64,000 nt of DNA from a virus. The stretch lies in IMG/VR virus record IMGVR_UViG_3300042564_006100, positions 39,828 to 103,827 of that record; one strand, given 5' to 3'. The notes under the pieces are model-generated. The model searched no databases. It saw only the letters and a program-made list of their open reading frames with translations, and was not told where the DNA came from. Below are positions 19,466-29,270 of this stretch, one piece after another. Made by a program: the position numbers and the translations under genes. The stretch's first letter is position 1. Every line of letters starts with the position of its first letter.

Positions 19466-21366
19466 TATCCGAAGCAGCTTGGGTAGTAGGTTCCATTTTC
19501 CGCCGTGAACGATCTGCGGAACGACGGGCTGCAATCCCCGGCGGTTTCGCAATAGCCGTCGCAGCAGCCGTTGCCGACATTGTTGCAGTTGTCCCCTTCG
19601 TCGGAGTCATTCGGGATGCAGTTTCCCGCCGAGGCGCAGGTGATACAGGAGCCATCGTCGTCGCTGATCTCCGGATTGTAATTGGCCGCGTAAGGGTTCG
19701 TGCATCCCGATCCGCACATTTTCGGGAACTTGAACTCGTGCTGATCGTTGGACTGCAACTTCTTGATTGGGAGGTAGGCGTTGGCGCGAATCAGGACGGA
19801 TTTTCCCAAATCCTGCTGCACCGGCACCGAGTAGTCGATGGACTGCCCTGGAGTCATGTTGGGATTGTCGATCTTCTTGCCGTGGACATAGACCGACACC
19901 CAATAGGTGCCGTTTGCCTCCGGTGAAGGAGCCGCACCAAGAGTCACCCGGAATCCAAGCTGGATCTGGAACGGCGGTGCCGTGCCGTCAAGGAAGCACG
20001 GTGGATGCCACGTCACGTTCTCAATGGTGATCTGTGCTGGTTGAAGTGGCGGCGGAGGGGGCGGCGGCGGAGGGGGCGGCGGCGGAGGGGGCGGCGGCGG
20101 AGGGGGCGGCGGCGGTGGCGGCGGTGGCGGGATGAATACGCAGGCGTAAGTTGGGCATCCCCTGGCATCCATGCCTGTGACAACCCGCACGGTCCCGGCA
20201 GGACAGTCCGGTAGCGGAGGGCATCCGACCGGAACGCAAGCATAGATCGGGCACCCGTCTGCATCGACTCCGGTTTGCACGCGCACCATGTTTGGTCCGC
20301 AGATGATAGGCTCACCACAAGGGTTTCCGATAGGCTCGCACGGACCCCATATCACGCAGCCGTTTTCATCAACTCCTTTGCCTATGGAGACTTCACCCGG
20401 AGGACATGCGGGAGGATCACCGCAGGCGACGGGCACGCAAGCATAGGTAGGACACCCCTTCGCATCTTGCCCGGTAATGACGAGTCTGCTGCCCACACCG
20501 CACATCGGCGGGTTAGGACAAGGTGGCTGGCAATTCCACAACGCACAGCCGACATCATCGAAGCCGATGGCAACCGCGATCTGTCCGTCTGGACATACGG
20601 GCGGGTCGTCGCAAAACACGGGCTGGCAAGCGTAGGTAGGACAGTCTCGCTCATCCCTGCCCGTTTCTATCACCTTCGAGTCGGGTCCACAATTCGGCGG
20701 ATCGCCACATGGTTGACGGTCATCCGGGGCACAATACCAGATCGCACAGCCGAGGTCATTGAAGCCGCTGACTCGCGCAGTGAATCCTTCCATGCACGCG
20801 GGCGGGTCGTCGCAAAACACAGGTTGGCAGAGATAGATTCGGCAGCCGCAGGTATCGAAGCCTCCGGTCACGAGCTTGAAGTTTGGTCCGCAATTTGGCG
20901 GAACTTCGCATGGGGTGGCGCAATCGTCAGGATCGACAGGCGGGTAAATCGGCGGAACGACCGGGCACTCGGCGGGTGGCGGGTTTCCTCCGGTTGGTGG
21001 GATAAACGGACTTGTGATAGGTGGCGAATCGACGGGCGTCGGGTATTGCGCCTTTCCCTGCTGATCCCATCCGTCATAGACGGTGCCGCACTGTGGCGAA
21101 TAAACCGTCCAGTCGTAGGCAAGAAACTCTTCAACGCCGAAGTCGGCGTTCCGAACCACTCGGCTCACCGCAGCTCCGGTGGTGGTCGAAGACTTGGTCA
21201 GGTAGGTGAGATGAAACAGTCCGTGATGATAGACGATCCACCGTTGCGAGGTCGCATGGTTGAACGGATCGGTGACGGGGTCAGCCCATCCGTTCCGGCG
21301 CACCGCCCAACCTCTGCGTGCGTATTCAGCCGCCAGCGGCCAAATCATGCCATGTCCCACGCTCAT
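19465..21366 (-). CDS. DUF2829/Tad2-like N-terminus, eight Cys-rich repeats, poly-Pro linker, C-terminal domain
   Basis: 633 aa ORF; repeats C-x5-C...G.D..GC....C; GCTNPYAANYNP...DDGSC near C-terminus. Confidence 0.8.
   Translation of the reverse strand: MSVGHGMIWPLAAEYARRGWAVRRNGWADPVTDPFNHATSQRWIVYHHGLFHLTYLTKSSTTTGAAVSRVVRNADFGVEEFLAYDWTVYSPQCGTVYDGWDQQGKAQYPTPVDSPPITSPFIPPTGGNPPPAECPVVPPIYPPVDPDDCATPCEVPPNCGPNFKLVTGGFDTCGCRIYLCQPVFCDDPPACMEGFTARVSGFNDLGCAIWYCAPDDRQPCGDPPNCGPDSKVIETGRDERDCPTYACQPVFCDDPPVCPDGQIAVAIGFDDVGCALWNCQPPCPNPPMCGVGSRLVITGQDAKGCPTYACVPVACGDPPACPPGEVSIGKGVDENGCVIWGPCEPIGNPCGEPIICGPNMVRVQTGVDADGCPIYACVPVGCPPLPDCPAGTVRVVTGMDARGCPTYACVFIPPPPPPPPPPPPPPPPPPPPPPPPPPPPLQPAQITIENVTWHPPCFLDGTAPPFQIQLGFRVTLGAAPSPEANGTYWVSVYVHGKKIDNPNMTPGQSIDYSVPVQQDLGKSVLIRANAYLPIKKLQSNDQHEFKFPKMCGSGCTNPYAANYNPEISDDDGSCITCASAGNCIPNDSDEGDNCNNVGNGCCDGYCETAGDCSPSFRRSFTAENGTYYPSCFG
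20047..20130. repeat. In-frame tandem repeat encoding 28 prolines
   Basis: (GGCGGCGGAGGGGGC)x4 at 20048-20107 followed by GGC/GGT runs. Confidence 0.95.
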
Positions 21367-21815
21367 TGTGTGCTTGTGGGTTGGAACGTCCTGCGGATGT
21401 CCTCATACAAAGGGACAATCGGGCAGGTTCCATAAACGGCGTTCGGATACATCGGATCAATCGCGGGGGCTGTGTCAGCAGGGCGCGGGTAGGGCTTCTT
21501 GCCCTGCCAACGGTCGCCGCCATAGCCATAGCCGCCCTGCATCTCCAGGCACGCAGGAGTAAGCACGGTCCAGTCTTCGGCATAGAAGTCCTCGACGACG
21601 AAGTCCGTGTTGCGAATGACTCGAGTCGCCTTGTTGCCGGTGACGACTTGTCGGTAGAGCAGCCAGAACAACGCGTTTTGATAGACGACCCACCGCAGGG
21701 CACGTCCGGTGTCGCCGAACAATTCGAGCTCATCCCATCCGGCACGACGCACCGCCCACCCGCGACGGGCGTATTCGGCGGCCAGAGGCCAGATCATGCC
21801 GGTGCCGTAGGTCAT
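21363..21815 (-). CDS. DUF2829/Tad2-like protein, paralog of the next gene's N-terminus
   Basis: MIWPLAAEYARRGWAVRR.GW and RN.DF.VE.F.A.DWTV shared by both; start 21815 by ATGA overlap. Confidence 0.7.
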   Translation of the reverse strand: MTYGTGMIWPLAAEYARRGWAVRRAGWDELELFGDTGRALRWVVYQNALFWLLYRQVVTGNKATRVIRNTDFVVEDFYAEDWTVLTPACLEMQGGYGYGGDRWQGKKPYPRPADTAPAIDPMYPNAVYGTCPIVPLYEDIRRTFQPTSTQ

Positions 21816-22558
21816 GGGTTCGGAACGAGGTCGCGGTCGATGGCGAGGCGGAAAGTCTTGGACGAGCGGATGACCTCGTCGGAGAGAGCACCCGGTTCGA
21901 GGTAGTCCACGCGCCACTCGATTTCGGCGATGGAGTCGAAGGTGGTCTGATAGTCGGCCTGATAGTTGGCGAGCGCGTTGAGGAGATCCGGCGTGTCGAG
22001 ATCGACTAGGATGCGGTAGCGCGGGCGGTCGCTGGTGCCGATGATTTCCAAGCCGCCATTGCTCTGAACCAGCACCGTCTCACCTTCGAACTCGCGGATG
22101 TTCATGATGATGGATGCCATCGCCATCGTTTGCAGTTCCTCGCCCTTGAGGAATCCGATGTCGAGAAACACCTTGTCGCCGTATTTGAGGAACATCACCG
22201 CCTGGCTGGCCTGCGATGATGAAGGCGTGATGCCCGGAACCGAAACCGCGCCTGATCGCAGGTCGATGTTCACCTCGATGCCGATGCCATCGTTGAAGTT
22301 GGTGTCCTCAATGCCCATGGCCACCTCCAGCGGGGTCGAGGGGCCGGTAGCATTGCTGGCGATAACCTTCACGAGATAGACGCCAGCGGAGATTGCCGCT
22401 CCACTGACAAGACCGGACGAGTTGATCGACATGCCGGACGGCAGGCCATCAGCGGTCCATGATGTCGGCGTGTTGGTCGCCTGCATCTGATATTCGAAAT
22501 ACTGCCCTTTGCGATAGCCGAGGACGGAGGTGGTGTTGGAAATGACGGGAATGGCCAT
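21812..22558 (-). CDS. Tail protein with putative Ig (He_PIG-like) domain
   Basis: WTADGLPSGMSINSSGLVSG...GVYLVKVIASN. Confidence 0.75.
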   Translation of the reverse strand: MAIPVISNTTSVLGYRKGQYFEYQMQATNTPTSWTADGLPSGMSINSSGLVSGAAISAGVYLVKVIASNATGPSTPLEVAMGIEDTNFNDGIGIEVNIDLRSGAVSVPGITPSSSQASQAVMFLKYGDKVFLDIGFLKGEELQTMAMASIIMNIREFEGETVLVQSNGGLEIIGTSDRPRYRILVDLDTPDLLNALANYQADYQTTFDSIAEIEWRVDYLEPGALSDEVIRSSKTFRLAIDRDLVPNP

Positions 22559-22560
22559 GA

Positions 22561-24912
22561 TTATTGGATGGTTACTTTGCCGAGGCTTTCAGGTTCATCG
22601 CCGGTGAGAGTTGCCTTGAGTCCGTTGAACGCGACAAGTCCGCGGGGATCGGTCTGGTGGTCATCGGTGTCGAAGCGAACGAGACGGCCGCGCAGGATAA
22701 AGTTGGCGGTGGTCATCGTGGTTTCAGTCGCCTCGGTGGCTCCGTAGATCACACGGTCCACGACGCAGGTATCGACGGAATTGACCGGCTTGCGGACGAT
22801 GCGCAGGCCGAAGCCGTGCGATGACGGAACACTCGTCAGCATGAAACTGTGATCGAGTGAAGGAGGCAAGAACGTGACATCCGCGATGTTGCTCGGGCTT
22901 GGCGGGTTGCCCGATGGCAAGCCGATGTCGATGGCGACGCCCCAATGAACGAGGGTGTTCGAGTTGAACACGGCGGCGACAAACGAGAAATCGAGCGAGA
23001 GCCGCTTGCCGAGTCGCAGTTGCTTGCCGTTGACGTGGATGCGGAACAGCTCGCGGGAGAAGTCCGTCGGGTAAAACACCTGCTCGCCCGCGATGACCTG
23101 TTCGACCTGATAAAAACCGCGCCCGTCCCATGCAAAGAATCCCGGCGCGTTGAGCTTGGTCGAGCGGCGGCCGAGATAGCCGGGAATCACCAGTGGCGCT
23201 GCGGTGTTGGTGTATTCGTAGATCACGCCGGACTGCGGGACAGTCGGCAGCGCGGCAACCGTGGTTGTGACCAGCGGATCGACATGCACGGCGGGCAGCA
23301 GGCCACCCACTCGCGGAAGGTCGGCGGGTTTGATCGACGGGACATCCTTCGCCTCGATCTTCTGGCGCGTCGGAAACACCTCAAAGAGTTCCGGCAGTTC
23401 CCACGCGGCGATGACGGTTTGTGAAGTGGAGCTGACGCCGGGTGGCGAGGTAGGGATGAATGTTTCCAGGTCTTCGACGCGCTCGCCAAGGTCATCGAGG
23501 ATCAGTTGCAGCCCTTCGATTTGAGCAATGGTGTGACCGTGCGCCTGAAATGCGGACACCGGGCCTGCGGTGGAGATAATGACGACGTATCCATTCACCG
23601 CGGGCGGTTCGGCAAACGTGATGCTGAGATCATCCTCGCCATCGAGCGTGACGGCCAGTGGTTCGACGATGGCGCGGCTTCCTCCGTTCTGGCGCACGGT
23701 GACATGAAGATCGCGGGTGCCGAGGTTGTGACTGATGGTGAAGTCCGAGTTCACGCCATCACCGATGGGCGCGACGTAGTGCTGTGAGCCGGTGATAATC
23801 TGGTCGGGCGTGAACGGCACATACGTCCTGCCATAGGGCGGCCGTAACCAGTCGATGTTGGCGGCGGTTTCGAGTCCCTCCCAGTTGAGTTCGCGAATCA
23901 GCGAGATCGGAGCGCGGAACGGCGTGAGCGTGTAGGTCTTGTCAGGGTCGTTCTCATCTTGAATTGCGACTTCGATTTCCAAGTCGGGCTTTAATTCGGG
24001 AGCACCACGCAATGCAGCGGCGATTTCGGCAGTGTTGAGATCGAGGATGACCGTCGGATCGCCAGGCGGTGCGGAAAACACAGCGACTTCGATCAACTCC
24101 TGGTCAATGCCGGCCATCTCGCCGTTGAAGGTGATGTGGGCGATGTTGGTCGCCGGGTTGCTGACGGAGAAAGATCCTCCATCGTCAGCCAGCACTGTGA
24201 GCGCGTCCTGAATTTCGTCGGGTCCGTCATCCACGGACAATTCGCGGGTTTTCTTGAATCCACGACGCAACTGATAGGTGCCCTTGAAAGTCGGCTGGAT
24301 TTTGAGTGCCTGGATTTCGGGCCAGAGCGTGGTGGCAGATGCTCCGCCTGCTTGCACCTCGCTCACCGTGGGCGCGGGCGGCACGATCAATTCAAAGCTC
24401 GCCGTGGATGCAAGCGGAGCCTGAACGAGCCGGACCTCATGGCGATATTGTCCCGCCACCTGTGTCGAGCGAACGCGCACGAAAGAGACGGGCCGCAATT
24501 CGGAAAGCAGTCCCCCGGCGGAGTATCCGGATAGTGCGATTTCCTGCAGGCCGGTTGAAATGATCCACGAGCCATCCTGTTTGCCGACCACCGCGTCATC
24601 CAATCCGACGGCGGCAAGTGCTGTTTGCACAGCGCCCGCCGTGGCGTCATGTGGGATCGGCGCGGTATCTTGGCCGTCCACGCGCAACACGAAGAATCCG
24701 GACGTTGGCCGTGCATCGACAAATCCGATGGAGGCGCGGATGTGCGTCAAAATCCTCTGGACCTCGATGGGCGATCCTTCGAGCGATTCGGCGAAGCGCA
24801 GGCCGATGCGCACCTTGTCACCCTGGACGAAGGCCGGGAATGAAATCGCGCTACCGCCAAGCGTCGTGGTCAGCCTGCGGGTGGTGAGATTGGCGTAAAC
24901 GGTGGCCTGCAT
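22561..24912 (-). CDS. Large tail/baseplate protein
   Basis: 783 aa, beta-rich, GDG...FTISHNLGT motif; position in tail module. Confidence 0.7.
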   Translation of the reverse strand: MQATVYANLTTRRLTTTLGGSAISFPAFVQGDKVRIGLRFAESLEGSPIEVQRILTHIRASIGFVDARPTSGFFVLRVDGQDTAPIPHDATAGAVQTALAAVGLDDAVVGKQDGSWIISTGLQEIALSGYSAGGLLSELRPVSFVRVRSTQVAGQYRHEVRLVQAPLASTASFELIVPPAPTVSEVQAGGASATTLWPEIQALKIQPTFKGTYQLRRGFKKTRELSVDDGPDEIQDALTVLADDGGSFSVSNPATNIAHITFNGEMAGIDQELIEVAVFSAPPGDPTVILDLNTAEIAAALRGAPELKPDLEIEVAIQDENDPDKTYTLTPFRAPISLIRELNWEGLETAANIDWLRPPYGRTYVPFTPDQIITGSQHYVAPIGDGVNSDFTISHNLGTRDLHVTVRQNGGSRAIVEPLAVTLDGEDDLSITFAEPPAVNGYVVIISTAGPVSAFQAHGHTIAQIEGLQLILDDLGERVEDLETFIPTSPPGVSSTSQTVIAAWELPELFEVFPTRQKIEAKDVPSIKPADLPRVGGLLPAVHVDPLVTTTVAALPTVPQSGVIYEYTNTAAPLVIPGYLGRRSTKLNAPGFFAWDGRGFYQVEQVIAGEQVFYPTDFSRELFRIHVNGKQLRLGKRLSLDFSFVAAVFNSNTLVHWGVAIDIGLPSGNPPSPSNIADVTFLPPSLDHSFMLTSVPSSHGFGLRIVRKPVNSVDTCVVDRVIYGATEATETTMTTANFILRGRLVRFDTDDHQTDPRGLVAFNGLKATLTGDEPESLGKVTIQ

Positions 24913-24944
24913 GGGGATGTCCTGCCCCTGCCTGCCGCGTCAAC

Positions 24945-25106
24945 TCACAGCTCGAAGTAAGCAGCGTCGAACTTCGTCATGCCGTAGGGAAACGGCGGCT
25001 CCAACCCGGCCGCCTGCTCCGCTTCCTCCTCTTCCTTACCCAAGCGCTTGGCGAGAAGTCGCTGTTCCTTGTCCAAGCCGAAGCCGTCTTTGGATTCATC
25101 ACTCAT
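24945..25106 (-). CDS. Small hypothetical protein (53 aa, not in ORF track)
   Basis: MSDESKDG...AAYFEL; ATGA-coupled. Confidence 0.55.
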   Translation of the reverse strand: MSDESKDGFGLDKEQRLLAKRLGKEEEEAEQAAGLEPPFPYGMTKFDAAYFEL

Positions 25107-26155
25107 AGCGACCAGAACCTCCCTGCCAAATTGCGGTTGCGCAGCACTTGGAGTGCTTCGTTGAAGGCGTCGTTGCCGGGTGCGAGCAGGGTGCTGAAAA
25201 TCGAATCAGCGATGCCGCCCAAGAGGCCGGTTCGGAGTTGGATTGGCTGGATGGGTGTCGGGTCCGGAATCCGCTGCGGCGCGTGGCAGAGGTTCCAGAA
25301 CTGGTCATGCTTCACGAACGCGGTCCATGTGTCATCCATCGGCAGATCGGGCGAGTATCCGGGTGGCGAGAGAAAATAGATGGTGGCGATCTTGATAGCG
25401 TCGAACTCGGGATCGGGGGTCCCTTCCAGCAGATTTCCCATATCGACCTCTACAATCGGCTTGTATTTGGATGTCACGTCCAGCCACGGGCGTTTCCGCG
25501 GAGGCGTGGATCTGCCATAGTTGATGACGAGCAATGCACTGTAACTGTCGAGGAAGGGATTTCCTTGGATGACATCCAGCTTGGCCGCCGCACGGTCCAC
25601 GTAGAGCACTACGTCGCAGGCACTCAGAAGCGGCGACTCGCCGGCCGATTCGTATTGGACCTCCTGAATGCCGGAATTGAGGTTGCCTTGGAACACGACC
25701 TTTTCATCCGTCACGCCGAACTGGATGAAGAACTCGGGCACGGCTTCGAACTCCACGGCGATGTTCCCCGACATTGAAACTGAAACCGATTCGGCATCCG
25801 CTCCCTTGCCGATGATGCGGGTTCCGGAGACGATGATTTGCGGCGACTCAGTGATGAGCGCGTCCACCGATTGATCCTTTTCGGGGCGTGTTCCGGTTTC
25901 CTCTTCGATCCGGTCCAGCGTGCGCTCGGTGACGAGCATGGCCAAAGTCGAAATCTCCGGTTCCACCCCGTTGACGAAGCCGGGGCGGATGCGGAACACC
26001 CACTGTTCGGCGGTGTCGCTCCATTCCGGCACGATGGTCCACGGATGCACCCAACGCCGCGACGTTCTCACGAACCGCAATGGCAATCGGCGCGACACCT
26101 CGTCGATCATGGCGTTCCATGTCTTGTGATTGATGATGGGAATTTTGCGCTTCAT
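25103..26155 (-). CDS. Tail-associated protein
   Basis: 350 aa; HPW...RIRPGFVNG resembles HPF...VSPGTVN of its neighbour. Confidence 0.7.
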   Translation of the reverse strand: MKRKIPIINHKTWNAMIDEVSRRLPLRFVRTSRRWVHPWTIVPEWSDTAEQWVFRIRPGFVNGVEPEISTLAMLVTERTLDRIEEETGTRPEKDQSVDALITESPQIIVSGTRIIGKGADAESVSVSMSGNIAVEFEAVPEFFIQFGVTDEKVVFQGNLNSGIQEVQYESAGESPLLSACDVVLYVDRAAAKLDVIQGNPFLDSYSALLVINYGRSTPPRKRPWLDVTSKYKPIVEVDMGNLLEGTPDPEFDAIKIATIYFLSPPGYSPDLPMDDTWTAFVKHDQFWNLCHAPQRIPDPTPIQPIQLRTGLLGGIADSIFSTLLAPGNDAFNEALQVLRNRNLAGRFWSL

Positions 26156-26832
26156 GTCGGGATGAACAGATGGCGACCTGCGGCTTTCGCGTTCGGGTCT
26201 TTCTTGAGATCAGCTTCGCTCGGACGGCGCTCTTGGAATTCGTAGCGGATGTTGTGGTGAACGATCTGGAACACCTCCTCGATGGAACCGCCGTGGCTGG
26301 ATGCCCGCAGGAACGCGAGCGGATAGTAGCCGAAGCCGTCGAGTGGTCCTTTGGCGGAGTCGGTCTGAACGATTTCGACGTTCTCACTCACCTGCTCGCC
26401 GGCCTTGTTTTCCTTCACACCGGAAATCCCGCCGCTCACCGATTGCTTCACCTTGAGCGAAATGTAAATCCGCCCGTCCTTGGATGCCTTTTTCGGATCC
26501 AGCTTGAGTGCCGGGTAATCCTTTCCGGTTTCGCGATTACCATCCTTGTCGCGGTTGTCGATGCGGCGTTTCTGCCCGCTCTCGGTGATGACTGGAATTA
26601 AATCGTTGACGGTCCCGGGCGAGACTCGCACCGATGATCCACTCACCATGACGCGGAACGGATGGCGGAACATCTGGTGGTCGCGGACGCGCACGATGGT
26701 TCCGTGAGGTGTGACCCGCACGTCGATCCCGTCGTCAGGGACGATTTTGAGCGAATCAACCCAGCGCACGAGGCGCTCCCACGCGTCGCGGACTTTCTCG
26801 CCCTTGCGCACTTTGATTTCACGCGTCGTCAT
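26152..26832 (-). CDS. Tail-associated protein
   Basis: 226 aa coupled ORF. Confidence 0.7.
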   Translation of the reverse strand: MTTREIKVRKGEKVRDAWERLVRWVDSLKIVPDDGIDVRVTPHGTIVRVRDHQMFRHPFRVMVSGSSVRVSPGTVNDLIPVITESGQKRRIDNRDKDGNRETGKDYPALKLDPKKASKDGRIYISLKVKQSVSGGISGVKENKAGEQVSENVEIVQTDSAKGPLDGFGYYPLAFLRASSHGGSIEEVFQIVHHNIRYEFQERRPSEADLKKDPNAKAAGRHLFIPT

Positions 26833-27560
26833 TGCTTGCTGGCCTTTTCATAGATCTCCTCAACCCAACCGTTCGGCGGTGAGAGCAGCCATTCGTTTTC
26901 GATGCGCCACACGTCGCCGTTCTGCGAGATTTTCGGCGGCATCGCCATCCATGTGCGGCTGCCGAAATCGACTTCAGCAATCGAGTCCGGCGCACCCGGG
27001 ATGCTGGAATAGACCTTGCCGATGTCGTTGATCGCGTTCTTGGGAATCTGCTTCGCCGACCATGTGCGGGTGACGCGCGCGGTCATCACGGCATAGGTCG
27101 AGGTGCCAAACATCGGATTCTTCTCGCCCGGTTTGGCTTTGCCCTTGCCGCCGAGTCCGCCCTTGCCCTTGGCCTCCTTGGGCATGAACTCAGGGAACTT
27201 GAGCGGGCCACCCGGTTCCTCGTAATAGCCGCCGTAGGTCGCCTTGATTTCCTTGAGGTTGGGATGCGACTCAAGCGGCTCCTCGGAAAAGTCGAAGCCG
27301 AGGTTCCATTGCTCGGTTTCCGCAGGTTCGGGTTCCTCGTCACCGGCGTATCCCTTGTAGGTAACGGTGACGATCCAGCCGTCGGTGCCGTCGTTGAGCG
27401 CCTGCCAGGTGCGTCCCTGTTCGACCAGTCCGTGAAAACGTGCATGTCCGACCGTCGTGACCTCCGCGATGCTTTTGGCGTGATACGAAACGGCGAATGA
27501 CGAAATCATGTTTTCGTCCCTGCCGCCGCTCGCGCCTTCGAGGATGGTGTTCTCAGCCAT
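26829..27560 (-). CDS. Distal tail-like protein
   Basis: Directly after tape measure gene. Confidence 0.65.
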   Translation of the reverse strand: MAENTILEGASGGRDENMISSFAVSYHAKSIAEVTTVGHARFHGLVEQGRTWQALNDGTDGWIVTVTYKGYAGDEEPEPAETEQWNLGFDFSEEPLESHPNLKEIKATYGGYYEEPGGPLKFPEFMPKEAKGKGGLGGKGKAKPGEKNPMFGTSTYAVMTARVTRTWSAKQIPKNAINDIGKVYSSIPGAPDSIAEVDFGSRTWMAMPPKISQNGDVWRIENEWLLSPPNGWVEEIYEKASKQ

Positions 27561-27563
27561 GGC

Positions 27564-29252
27564 TTACGCAAAAACCGCCTCCGCCGGTGCCGGGGGGGTG
27601 CCCCTGTTCTTGGTGTTGTCGTGGATCTTTTTGAGCCAGTCGGTCTGCCGCTTGTTTTCCTCTAGCAGCCCTGCGTTTGCGCTGCGGCCGAAGAGCATGT
27701 TCATGGATTGTGCAAAAGAGCCTAACTGTCCTGACCCGCCCGCGATGACTGCCGGAGCCGTTGGCTTTTCGTCCGCTGCCGCCATTCCGATTTGCTTGCC
27801 CGTCTTCACCGGAGGAATGGCCGCTTTGATGCGCTCCACGGTGTCGCCGAACTCGCGCTTCATGCCGGACGTGTCGATGGCCTCCGCGGTATTGGCGAAA
27901 GTCTCGCTGAATCGGGTCTTCACGTTCTCACCGGCTTCTACCAGACGTTGGGCGATTTTCTGTGCGGCAGGTTCCAACAGGTCACCGGCCTTCGAGAACC
28001 GCGCCGCCGCGTCTTCATCGAGGATCGCCGCGCTCTCGCGGATCGTCTTCTGGATGCCGTTGAACGCATCCTCTTTGCCAAACAACTCAGCCAGCGGACG
28101 CGCCACCTCAATGATTTCCGAGAATCCCTTCTGCAAGAAGCTGATGGCTGATAGAAAAATACCGATGATGGCATTGCCCATCCCGCTCCAGAACTCGGGA
28201 GTCGTGAGGATTTGGAAATAGGTCACCGCCGTCTTGAAATACTCGACGATGTATTGCCCGGTGGCGGCGATGGTCGCCCGCAGGGTGGCCCACAGGAAAT
28301 TCACGCTCTGTGCGAAGGCCAGCTTGAGCGACGACCAGACAAGATTGAGAGCCTCGCCACTGCGGAAGATCGCGACCAGGAATTGGCCGGCTTCGGCAAG
28401 CTTGGGCTTGGCCATTTCGACGAATTCAAGGAACTGCGGCGTGATGGATGCGAGTGCTGCCGCCAGTGGTTTGCCCACTTCCTCAAAACCCTGATTCAAC
28501 GCGGCCTTGATCTGGACGGACGCATCCGCGGTCGCCGCCGCCGTGCCGCCGACCTGCTTTTCGATGGCGGCGAGCACCAACGCCTGCGCCTCGTGCATCC
28601 GGTTGGATTCGGCCAGAGTCTTGATCTTCGCCTTCTCATCTTCGGTGAAGGTAATGCCCGAACGCCGCAAGGCCGCGAGGCCATTGACCGGATCGTTCAG
28701 AGCCTTGCCAAGCTGGACGGCGTTCTGTTCGGCAGCGCCGAAACCGGCCGCCGCCATGTCCACGGCCGCTTGGGTGGCCCGATCAAAATTACCGCCCAGC
28801 TCGTCGGCGGTGTTGGCGAGTTCCTTGAACGTGAGCAGTTTCGCCTGGGTGAGTTGGATCGCATTGCCATCCACTCCGGTTTGCAGCTCGATCTTGTCCG
28901 CGAGGTTGTTGAGCCGTTCGGCCACCGCGTCGGACTGGTCGCCAAACAGACCCATCGATTTGGCGATGTTGCGAACGCGGGCGTCGGCGGAGTTCGCCGC
29001 CTCACCAGATAGGATCAGTTTGTAGGTCAACGCGCCAATCGCCGCGCCTGCGGCTGCCACAGCGGCGGCGACAACTGCCGTTCCCTTAGCCACGGATTTC
29101 ATGGCGCTGCCCATCGACGCGAAACCCTTGGATGCGCCCGACGACATGCCGGCCATCGAGTTTTTCAAGCCGCTGGTTTCCGACTTGGCAGTCTTCAACG
29201 CGGACTGGAATCCAGCCGTGTTGAGTGTCAGCAGTGCGGTGAGCTTGGCCAT
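27564..29252 (-). CDS. Tape measure protein
   Basis: Ala-rich helical, QLGKALNDP..GL.AL.R.GITF motif. Confidence 0.85.
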   Translation of the reverse strand: MAKLTALLTLNTAGFQSALKTAKSETSGLKNSMAGMSSGASKGFASMGSAMKSVAKGTAVVAAAVAAAGAAIGALTYKLILSGEAANSADARVRNIAKSMGLFGDQSDAVAERLNNLADKIELQTGVDGNAIQLTQAKLLTFKELANTADELGGNFDRATQAAVDMAAAGFGAAEQNAVQLGKALNDPVNGLAALRRSGITFTEDEKAKIKTLAESNRMHEAQALVLAAIEKQVGGTAAATADASVQIKAALNQGFEEVGKPLAAALASITPQFLEFVEMAKPKLAEAGQFLVAIFRSGEALNLVWSSLKLAFAQSVNFLWATLRATIAATGQYIVEYFKTAVTYFQILTTPEFWSGMGNAIIGIFLSAISFLQKGFSEIIEVARPLAELFGKEDAFNGIQKTIRESAAILDEDAAARFSKAGDLLEPAAQKIAQRLVEAGENVKTRFSETFANTAEAIDTSGMKREFGDTVERIKAAIPPVKTGKQIGMAAADEKPTAPAVIAGGSGQLGSFAQSMNMLFGRSANAGLLEENKRQTDWLKKIHDNTKNRGTPPAPAEAVFA

Positions 29253-29270
29253 CTGGCCACGGGAGGCATG

